Positions 1-11,453 of a stretch of 64,000 bases of DNA are shown piece after piece. Each line of letters starts with the position of its first letter. Within the stretch, counting starts at the first letter, position 1. Below the pieces are notes generated by a model. The model was not told the origin of the DNA, ran no database searches, and saw only the letters and a program-made list of their open reading frames with translations. The position numbers were made by a program, and so were the translations under genes. This DNA is from Diadema antillarum. Its lineage: Eukaryota. Location: assembly GCF_040938485.1 (NCBI RefSeq), contig NW_027272500.1, forward strand, positions 186,001 through 250,000, read 5' to 3'.

Positions 1-2551
1 CTTCGTTTCGATGTTGACGTTATTTTCGTGCGACGTTTAATCTATAACAGAGGCAAAATTTTTCAAATTATGCAAAGTAATACAAGCAAACGTCCAAATT
101 GGTCTTTATTATTGAATGAGAATGCGACCTGTGGGAAACATTTATAAAAAAGTGAGACATAATTACAAAGCGCTGTGAGTTGTGGAGAAAAAAGAAAGAA
201 AGATGGGAAATACGCCAAAAAGGTCCACCTGGGCAAATTTGAATTACTTGGTGAATGTACCCCAAAATCCACTGGTAACCATTTCAGGACAGCATGTCAT
301 AAACATGTCGTAATGTGATTTCACTTTATTTGACAGAATAAGAAAGAAGATTGTTCAGTAATGACAACCATTTTTGTTGGTCGGCAGGGCTCATCGATTT
401 GCAGATGCATTGGATACTAGAAATAATGAAAGAAAAAGAAAGAAAATACAAAAAACCTTGATTGCCCTTCATTGACACACTGTGATCCTTTATTGGCCCT
501 TTATTAAATGCACAGCCCACGATATTTGGGCATTGACTTTCAAATTCCCAACATCTATGTTTTACTCCTTGTATACAAATGTTATGCGATGGATTGAAAT
601 TCATAAATTGAGGGCTAGATGTTTTTACTGAATCTTAGTCCATCCCAATAAAGATAAGAAATACGAGACACGGTATTTTAGAGCATAGCCTTTTTTGTTA
701 TCTCTCTTTTTTCAGAGTGAATCTAAAATGCCTAGAATACATCAATGTATTCTGACATAGCATCTATGATACATTATTTCACTGATGTGTAATATCATTA
801 TATGAATATGAAATAAAGATGACTTTTATAAAAGGTAAATCGGTTTATTATATATACTCTTATATTTATCATATGCATACTTGATAGGTTTCTATTACTT
901 GTTCCAGGTTCTGATATAGAAATTGATTGAATGCAAGAGTGAAAATGTTAAAAAAAGCTAAACACACACACACACACACACACATCATTATGACTGTCAT
1001 CTTCATCATGAATAAAAGATAACAAGTGAACAAAAAGTCTGAAATCTTATACAACTTTTCTTTAGCATGCAGGTCGGATTTTACCATAATTGCCAAACAC
1101 AGCTTTTCTCTTTACCCAAAGACATGCACACGCATCACATTACACATATTATAAAAGAGAGAGAGAGAGAAAGGAGACATCCTACAGGACTAACATTCGG
1201 TTTGGGAATTCAAGAATGACCTCAAAACACACGCCGTTGACGAGAAATCACAGAAAAAGATTTAAGATAAACACAGCTAACACTTAATTATTTGCATAAA
1301 TGACAGCTGCAAATTGAGGAAAGAGTGTAAAAATCTAAGACTGAAGATACATAGGGCACATCTCTTCTGGAAATTTCCCAAATTGTAATTTTCAGCATTT
1401 GGTTTCTGTTTTGTTTTTTGTCTCACGATTTCCAACACAACTACACCATATGACTGCAACTTGCGAGTAGACAGAAATATAAGTGTACAAACAAGATACA
1501 AAAATACAGATTTGCTTATCATTAGTAATGTGCAAGAAGTATGTCATGATACTGCAAACACACACAAACACACCTGCACACACACACAAACACACGTACA
1601 GCACACACACAAATATACACATACACGAACCATTACAAGGCGTTCGTGAATATATAAAAACACATTGATTAAATCAGACGAGAGATAAAATGTATCATTC
1701 TCAATCGTTATCGTAATTCCTCATAACTGGGTAACATACTTTGTAAATGCATACCTTACATCCGTGTCAAACAATTCGTTTCATTAGTTTAATACGAAAC
1801 AAGACTGGAGACATGCTGTGATTAACCAAAATAAAATCTTACTATGTACTAACCTGATTACAACTTGTTCACAAATCAACATTGCAGTGAAATTACAATT
1901 ATACCAATAAGTATTAAGTCAAGGACAGTGCTACCCCCCCTCCCCACACACATTTTGTTTCAGAAGATATTTGGTGTGACCCCCCCCCCCCCCTCCCCCC
2001 GTCATTTTTTTTTTATTCTTGAATATAACGTCTGGCTGTTTTGGTTTGGTTTTTGCTGCTTCTCAGTCGATGTTGGTACACCTTTATTCATTCTTTTGAG
2101 GGAAGTGTGAGCAAAATTTCCCACACCTTCTGAAATCGAATCGAAGTTCTTGTTCTCATAAAGTCGGTTCCTAAAACAAGCAAAAACAAAACAAAAACGT
2201 AGTGCCGCCCCTGTAAACACATTCGACATGGGTCTAAAATATCAGTATTATTAACAGACATTACTCTAAGAGGTCGAAAAAAATAACATTGATATAAGCA
2301 ATACGAAAAAAAGACATTTTGGTACATTTCTGCTTTTTATTCATTTATTGTCCCTTTGTTTTCGTTCAGAAGCATTGAGAAAATATGTAAAACGAGTTGG
2401 AAAACGTGAGTAATCCTACTGTTTCGTGAAGCAAGTGCCAAATTGATAATAAATAATGATGTTAACGGAGAGACTCTTATAAATCGATTATTCTATCTAA
2501 AACATAATCATGGTGCTGATATGTTCATGAAGCTACAAACACAAGGATATA

Positions 2552-3246
2552 TGTGCCCCTGCATCACAAAACATACACAAAGTCGTCAGACATGGATTTT
2601 TAGTTAAAGGGCAGATTCTGAAAGAGCAGACTCTAAGCTTTAAAACGATGTATAACTCAATTCAAATTGACTCTCCTAACCTACCTAAATGCTGGAAAGA
2701 AAGCACACACTCTGGAAAAGTGTGAACTGAGAAAAGAGGCTTTGAAGTACAGGGTCTATTCAAGCGCTTAATCTTTCACCAAGCCACGCTAGCTGTGCAA
2801 TGAAAAGGGCAAAACATAGGATGTCAACCACCAGAGGAACAACAATGAAAGGATTATCAGATTACGCTGAAATTCAGCATATTCTATCAACACATTCTGT
2901 CCATGATTAATGCCCACTTACAAAGCAGTAGCATTATCTTTTCATAAGTTATTAGACTTGAAAGTGAAGAGTGTACAAAGGATTTCAAGAAATGAAAAGG
3001 GGTCTGTAATACATACCTGATCATTCTATACTCTCCCCCCACAAAGGGTTATAGAAAAACTGTTGAAAACACACTTTCCCATTCGTGTTATGATCCCAAA
3101 CTAAAGAATAATGTAGAAGAAAGATACCTCTTTCAGAAAATATGAAAAACTCAAGATTGACATAGTCGACCCATTTCACCTGTTTTGAATCCCCACGATA
3201 ATTCAAGGGGTGCGACTTTTTGTTTGCTTTGTGGTGCACGGTCACA
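2552..3246. mobile_element. About 700-bp non-autonomous DNA transposon (TIR TGTGACCGTGCA.CACAAA, TA TSD)
   Basis: Inverted termini flanked by TA; the empty site in copy B (agatatatgctag near 18962) confirms the TA duplication. Confidence 0.85.
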
Positions 3247-3611
3247 TATGCTAGTTATGATAAAAACCTTATCGATTTCATCGTGAAACTTTCAAAGCAA
3301 GTGGTTATGTTACATATTTATGAAATCTACATTTGCAATATAGTAATCGAAACTTCCTGTCTTACATAATATGAATATCTGTGATTTTGAAATAAGCAGG
3401 ATTAGAATGACAGACAAAATCATGTAGCGTTCAATAAAAGAACATGAAGCAACCTTAAAAAGTATCTCACTATAAAAGAAATAAGAAATAAAAAAGAATG
3501 GTTACAATTCCTGTTTCGATTTAAGAAGCTTAGATTGAAGACCAAAGCTCAGCTTTCTTCAATGGACGCAGCAGAGTAAAAAAAAAAAAGAGTGCATGTA
3601 TTAGAAGGCGT

Positions 3612-3757
3612 TTAATTTTCAGAAGACAGTGGTCGCTCTTTCCTCTTGATTATCACTATCGCACAGGTCAACAACGACAGGAAGAACACAATGACGAGCA
3701 GGACGTACGTGGTCGACAGCCGCTGAAGAACTCCTCGACGGAGACCAGCAATCGGAT
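3612..3757 (-). CDS. Copy A terminal exon: transmembrane helix and short tail
   Basis: ttacag|AT CCG; PIAGLRRGVLQRLSTTYVLLVIVFFLSLLTCAIVIIKRKERPLSSEN*; homologous exons in B and C. Confidence 0.85.
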
Positions 3758-6700
3758 CTGTAAGGCAGGAACAAATATTAAGGGAGTGCAAAAGCATTAA
3801 AAAAAATGAGTATCTGAATATAAGAACGACCCAAGTCCAAGGAAGGCCATTTGGAGTAAACTTAAAAAAAAAAAACTTCATATGAGAGAAGCGATGAGAG
3901 AGGGCGCTATAATATGTGACCGTGCACCTCAAAACGAACATAAAGTCGCACACACTGGTTTTGCGTGAGGACTGAAAACAAGTGAAATGGGTCAACCTAG
4001 CCGAACTTGACTTTTTCATATTTTCTGAAAGAGCAGGTCTTCTTTTACATTATGCTAAAATTTGGTATCGTGAAACGGGCAGGAAAGTGTGTTTTTTAGC
4101 AGTTTATCTCGAACATTTTTGATAGAATAGTGTGATTAGGTGTGTCTTCAGAATCCCTTTTTCATTTCTGAAAAACCTTTTCCACACTCTTCACTTTCAA
4201 CTCTAATGACTTTTGAAAGGATAATGCTACTGCTTTGAAAGTTGACATTAATTATGGACAGAATGTGTTAATGAGGCATGCTTAATTTCAGTTTAATCTG
4301 ATAATCCCTTCATTGTTGTTACTCCAGTGGTTTACTTCCTGTTTTTTGTCCCATTCATCGCACAGCCAGCACGGCTTGGTAAAGATTAAGCGCTTGAATA
4401 CACACTGTACTTCAAAGCCTCTTTTCTCAGCTCACACTTTTTCTGAGATTGTGCTTTCTTTCCAATATTTAGATAGGTTAGGAGAGTCCATTTGATTTGA
4501 GTTATACATCATTTTAAAGCTTAAAGTCTGCTCTTTCAGAATATGGTCTTAACTAAAAAGTCATGTCTGGCGACTTTTTGTTTGTTTTGAGGTGCACTGT
4601 CACATATGAATGTAAGAACGACCCAAGTCCTGGACTTATGTCATTCTTACATTCATATAAGATTTGACTCATTCATTTCAGACACTTCCGGGGGTAATTA
4701 GGATTTATCATTTATACACAAGATGAGTACATGCATAAGCTACAATTTCCTACGTCAAACTGAATTTGGCCAAAAATTGGACTTGGGTCGTTCTTATATT
4801 CAGGTCTTCAATATTGTTACTGTTACGGTGAAATTTCACTCTGAGTCCAGACTGTAACACCAGAGAATTAACTAACATACCAGGGGAAGTATCGTCTTCA
4901 GGAAATAAATGGATGAAGTTTCGTTAAACATTTAATTTTCCACGATGATTAACATTCAATCTACTTGTTATGTAGGGGAAAACAAAAGTTTCAATCGTCT
5001 TTAAAAGCGCGAGCTCTCTCCAATTTGATAAATTATGTTTTGATTTCTACGGGTTTAAATTTGAAAACAGAAACCAAACCGAAGGCAGGTTAAGTAGGTA
5101 ATTATGCTCCTGTTAATAAGAACAGTCTGATTGTTTTTCCTTATATTATTGATGTCCACACTGCACTAGGCATTCCAGGGCGAGTATCTGACTGATTAGC
5201 AAAAATAATTTCTTGATGAATAGGATGTGGGCAGTTGATATGTCCATCTTGGATGTATATGAATGAACCCTACCGAACTTGCATGGAAAGCCGTAGGCCG
5301 AGCCATGAACAACAGAGAGGCTATTCCAGAAAATTGCAGGAAATGGCCGACATTGTTTGTTTGTTGTTTTTTTAGATGGAAGAATGGGATGCTACGAAGT
5401 CGATTTTCCCATTTAATTGCCATGGGTGGAGATAATAATTCTCCGTTGTGTCGCCGTTGTGCCGTTACTGTTTATTGGTCAATACGAAATAGAAAGGTTT
5501 TTGTTTGCTCTGAATGTTAAAACTTGATAGCTTGTCTACTAAAACAGTAAACAGTATCATAAAGTAGCTTAAAATTCGATCTTCTCCTCTGAAATGCATA
5601 TTAAAAAGAGCGGATCCTTTCTGGGGAACCTATCATCACAAAATTTCTGGCTCAATATTTTCCATTACTTAATTGTTTTAAGAGAAACAAACTTACATTG
5701 GACATGTAACGTTCTTAACTGTTCGCTGCTAAGAAGGCTGCACTGAAGGACTCCTCCATGATCAGCCACGGTTGGATCCAAAGTCAACTCGCTTCTAACG
5801 CTGTACGTAGCTACATTGACAGTTCCTTAAAAACAATACAAATGATCAAGAATGATAATAAACTGGTCATTATTTTTAGTACTTCAAAGTTGTTGTAACT
5901 TGATGACCATCGTAGACCACCGCATCCTGTAGACACAGATCGCAATCTCATTGGCCAAGATGTTCACTGGAAAAAAAAAATCTGTAAGAATTGTTGTCTA
6001 ACAGAATCACACCAGTTTTTCAATTATAAAGGAATGTAATCATTGATACTGGATATTGATTTTGTCGTATTTCCGAAGCAGGTTTTCTTGTATAATCCAA
6101 CCTAAAAAAGACAGAATATATACATTGAAAAAAAATTCAAAGTGATTAAAGACGCAATGACAATAAGAACAGATAATACTAAAGTAAACAATGGTAAATG
6201 ACATTACTTTCCTAATGAAATAGTGGGTTGTTTTTTTTTTTTTGGTAAAGTCGGAATAATCATTCTCCTCCACATCCCCACCCAGTAACTTTCCTTTTAT
6301 GTCAACATCCTTGTGCTTTGTAGATTCATTAACATATCAGCACCATGAGTATGTTTTTCAGGTAGAATGATTGCGTTGTAACACTTTCTCTATTTTACTC
6401 AATGCTGCACTTGCTCCAGATAAGTCTGGTTCAATGATAGGCATATGCATGATATACAATACATGTAAAACAACAACAACATAAAAATATCAAACAAACA
6501 AAGAAAAACATGCACAGCTTTAAACCCATCACCTAATATTCACCTACAACACTCCCTCGCAATTACTCTTTCAAATTTCTACAAATACAAGGAGGGATAT
6601 TCTTATCTCGTCACATCTTGACCCTTTCGCTGACACACATATTTTGAAAGAACCGAAATTTAAATGTGAATGTGGACTGAGAAAAAGCAGCAATGCTGGC

Positions 6701-8141
6701 AGACCGCATCATTGAATGTTTGAAGAATATCGGATAATAAAGTGGAAAATTAGACTATACTTATTGTTTATCATGGCAAGCGTTATAATATTGAAAGGTC
6801 ATCATATCACTTTTCTGTTATCCTTGCCTCCTATGCATTATTTCTCCTATCATTCAATTCATTTAAATGCCATGTATATGTTGTAAAATACTCAAGATAA
6901 TTCAAGTTGTTCTATACGCAATTATTGTAATTTTTATACGTTATCATTTGTAAAAAAAAGTATGATTCATAATACACGTTAATTTTACATTGGATGGAAT
7001 ATACTATGTAATATTATTGAATAGGAGGTTGGACTTTAATTGCATACATAATGAGACGTATAACGTATCATAAAAGCATGTAAAACATGAAACACCCCAG
7101 CAAAATCATTCACTATGAAGACTGACATGTAAATACTAGATAATTATTTCAATTCCTCAAAGAATAACGGAAAAGAAGCAATGAACACACTTTTAAAAGG
7201 CAAGGGCTCGTCTAGTCCTATTGGATATTTTTGGAGAAGCGAAAAAAGTTTTATCCTACCTACCAGGGGCGTCACAAGCTTTTTTCAAGGTGATGGTGGG
7301 GGGGGGGGGGTTGCGTTTTGAAAGTAAATGTAACCTGCGATATTTTTTTTTTAGTTGATTTATTGGTTCCTGTATCATCATGTACGCGCACATACACTGT
7401 ACATACATACTATTTATACATACATTGCTGGTAGCAACATATAAGCATAAGTTGCTTTGGAAGTATTTGTCTACATTACCTTTACAATGTACATATATTT
7501 TTGGATGTGAAATTGTGATATCTGGTGCACACTCAATAGAGCATTATTTTAAACATCATACTAAGAGACATTATATTTTGTATTTTGAATTGTCACAGGA
7601 AGTTTACACGTACTTTACGTATGGAATCGACAATTAGCCATGGCTTTAATAGTTAAACGCCCACAGCCACACACACACACACAGCAGCACGCACACGCAC
7701 GCACACACACACACACACAAACACACACACAAACACATACTGGAGAGAGATTTAGGGGAATTTGATTTTTGAACGAACAAATACAACGAACTCTCTAAAA
7801 AAAAAAATCGAGTGAAAATTTTCACTCTTAAAGGATTGAATACAAAAAAGAGTGAATTTAGAGTGAAATTGGAGTGAATTTCGAGTGAAAAATGTTCAAT
7901 TTCACTAATTTCGGATTGACGTCAGGGATCACTCCAAAATCTTCGAGTAGTAAATACTGGCGAATAGATATGACTCATCAGTGCTGCCGGAGCCCCGGAC
8001 TGCGAATTGTTTTTCTGAGACGACCTTTTTGTCCATGTTGCAAAATATCAAGGAAAATAAAAACAAAACCCGGAATGATTATTTTTAGCGTCCGGCGTTG
8101 AGGTCGCTCGCAGACTGAGGTTGTAATAAGTACACTCAGCC

Positions 8142-8213
<72 letters not shown>

Positions 8214-11200
8214 TATGCATATTATTCTGTCTGCCTACGAATTTAACTTCCGTGGACTTGTGGAATAAACTTACTGGTTCCCTCACACCTCACTCCAGCG
8301 TCTTCATAATGACCACAGTTATGGCATCCCCAGTAAGCCCGCCGACATTGCAGCAGAGAATGTTCCGTTCCAGCACAGTTGACTGGGTCAAGCCAGATTG
8401 GTCCCGTTCCCTCTCCAAAGTGGGCGTCAGTATAATAATCTGAGGCCGATGAGTAGCCGAGCTCTCTGCAGACGACGTGCGCGTTGTTAATATCCCAACA
8501 ATCATCACAAACCGTACCCCACTGCCCGTTGCACCTTATCTCAACTCGGCCCTCTCTTCCGCTTGATCCACCAACCAGCCTCACTGTGTTTTATAAGAAA
8601 AATATTGTAGGCCTATAGAATCGACGGAGCATACACATACACAAGTCAATGTAATGTATTGTATTAGTTATGATACATTGTACTATGATATCCCCCAGTT
8701 TGAAATTCAATTACATACAATCTGCATTGAAAAACGGTCGATACATACAAAATAATAAGGCATGTGTCTGTTCAGGTATGTGTATTACAGTGATTGTATG
8801 GTCATATTATTAAACATTCGATGAATAATTGCTGGTGAAATCTTCGGACGATTTGCTGGGTTAAGTTTCTGTTCATCGTTGCTATTATTTTTTTGATAAT
8901 AATAATAATAATGATAATAATAACATCAACAACAATAAATAATAATGATAATGATAATGATAATTTTAATCATTTCTTTTTAGCAAGAATAGAGGACGAA
9001 AAACTTTAATGTTGACGCTGATGCAAGATCAAACATTTCTGTTTCATTTTGCCCTGCATGTTAAGTGTGTGTTTTGGAACGTTGTCATGATATAAATCCG
9101 CGTGTACTCACCCGCATAGCCGGGACACGTTGTTGAGTTAGTGTTACAGTGGCAATAATGTAGTGTGGTCGCTATACTCTCGAACTTGGTCTGCTTTTGT
9201 CAGTAAGTGTTGCTGGTCATCCATTCCAGAAGAAATCATCTTCTCGTAGATTTTTGAATGACGATTTCCTAAGGAATGTTGATAAAGGGGAAAAGTTGAA
9301 ATTTATAACCAACAATAATTTACTAAGAAAGAAGCAACAATGGCTAGTAGCGCCATGTTATTAACATAAAATCATGTAGAAAAGTCTTCTGTCATTTCCG
9401 TCGGTCAGGAATTCAAACCTGTCCGTGAAAAAGAAGTTCTCTTCAGAAGACCTGTTCCAATACTCTTCTCCGAAATAATTCTCATCATTACAAATGACGC
9501 ACTCTTTCTTTTGCCAAGCCTGTCGTAGTAATGCGATACAAAAATTAAATGGAATTAGATGGAATTGGCAGAATAATAAACCGGAAGAGGCGATCAATAG
9601 GACAGTTCTTTTATAAGCTTCCATCGCTAAAACTATCAATATTTGTCAGTTTTATATTCAGCGTCATATCTGCACATAGACGTCATCACAGTGTATAATT
9701 GAGCAAAGACAATTATAACGCGGTCCTCCTAAACCAAGTCGTAGAGAGGACGTTATATCATGAGGCACTTCGCTCTTTCAGCGGGTTCTATCTCGGAGTT
9801 TATGGAGTGTAAAAAAAAAAGTTACTCTAAAACCCTAAACTACACGTCTGCTGCAACGCAGGTAAGATCAATAAGTATTCCAACTCTAGAACTCTATAGA
9901 AGAAGAAAATTCTAACCTTAAAGGGTATTAAAACGCATATTTCTGTGATTACTCGTTATTGCAGGTGAAAGTTCACTTCCGCTTTCAACCTCCAATGCTT
10001 TTCCCTTTGCCGTAAGTGCGACTTGAATCTTTGATCTATGCTCATTTCGACAATGTGAACATTCCTTTCACTTACAGTAACTTACAGATATGTTATACAA
10101 AAAGCATATAATTTGCAAGATTTGGCTATATTATTTTGTAGTATTTCCAATTCTTTAACGGTCACTTTTTGCAACCTCAAGATTACAAGTCTCGGCTTGT
10201 ACAAGAATGTTTTATCTAACCTTTATAAGAAATGGGCAGAAACTGAATACCTCACAACACCAATGACGGCTATTTGATTCAATGTTTGTGTAGTCTAACA
10301 AGTTAAGGTACCGCGTCATAAACTTTTTTACATTCAAGGCATCTCATCATAGGCTAGTTTGCATTTATATATTTCTTTTAATATTTTTGGGGTCAGTCTA
10401 TAAATCACACAATGTAGAGGGTCCGTTATGAAAGCCTCATAACCTGCCTAATGTCTCTCTTGGAAGTATTTCCACCATTCCTTAAAAGAAGCAGATTTAT
10501 CATGATTCTGAAATGAGAATTGTGAAATAGGCTGCAAGGTTATGATGAGTGATTCTTTAAGTCCAGGTTGCCTTATAAACCCATCGGGGAGAGCGTTTGT
10601 GAAGATTAGAAATTGGTCCGTTTTGTTTCCCTCTCCTGATGTCGGTGAAAGTTCATATCCGATCAACCTGCGCATTGAGTTCGTCAAAAAGTATGGATTT
10701 CCTCATTGTCATTGTGGGCGTGAATGGAGAGGTGATTTTTTTGATGTATTACAGTAATTATTTCTAATCTATAAGGTATAATATTATCATGAGAGTACGG
10801 TAAGGTTTCAAAAGTTATCCTCATACTTTTTCTTGTAGAAGGGGTTATTATGTTATGTTTTTCTCATGCTCGTGTCTCCCCTATAAATAACCGAGTATTA
10901 GAGTGTCCGCTGAGAGTCTGTAAAGTTTCTTCCCTTTTACTCTTCTCGGCTGTCATATATTGAAGCTGAATCTTACACTTAATTTGAGCTAAAATGTGTC
11001 AAATCTTCGTCTCCAGCTCATGTGTATGGGTAAGAAAAGTATCTGTCCTTTTCTAGAAATCATTGATAAGTGAAATACACGCACTATTTGTGGAATAAAT
11101 GTGCGGATAATAATCGAGGGTGTCGCACTAGGTGAAAGGTTACTTCCGTCTGGGTTAGGAGATTCATTTTCTGAGGCGTTCCCTATATGCGCCTTGAATT

Positions 11201-11415
11201 TTCATATTATAATTTACATTAAAATAAAAAAGTATATTTCTGTATATGTCGAAATGTCTATATAATACAGTTGAATAAAAAAGGCAGAAACCCCCCCAGA
11301 TTATTTGACATTCGTTTCTCTAATTTGTAGAATGCATCACGTGCCTCCGTCATCCTTTCGCACTGAATGATGGACTTCAGCATTATTCAGCAGTTGAGAT
11401 ATATAAATATATACT

Positions 11416-11453
<38 letters not shown>

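Noticed and set aside
869-1096. Short ORF MVKSDLHxKEKLxKI recurring in all three units (also 16798-17079, 39192-39509)
   Set aside because: Substitutions show no third-position bias, C has a frameshift, and there are no consistent splice sites; explained by the segmental duplication.
7760-7960. Cluster of GAGTGAA(A/T) motifs as an IRF site array
   Set aside because: Present only in copy A; more likely the end of an unclassified repeat, and boundaries could not be supported.
10448-10687. 79-aa minus-strand ORF in the Ig-a to X intron
   Set aside because: The homologous segment in B has in-frame stops and frame changes.
11040-11152. Possible extra exon after ctaacccag| (GSNLSPSATPS)
   Set aside because: The AG is lost in copy C (ctaactccg), and no donor precedes the stop.
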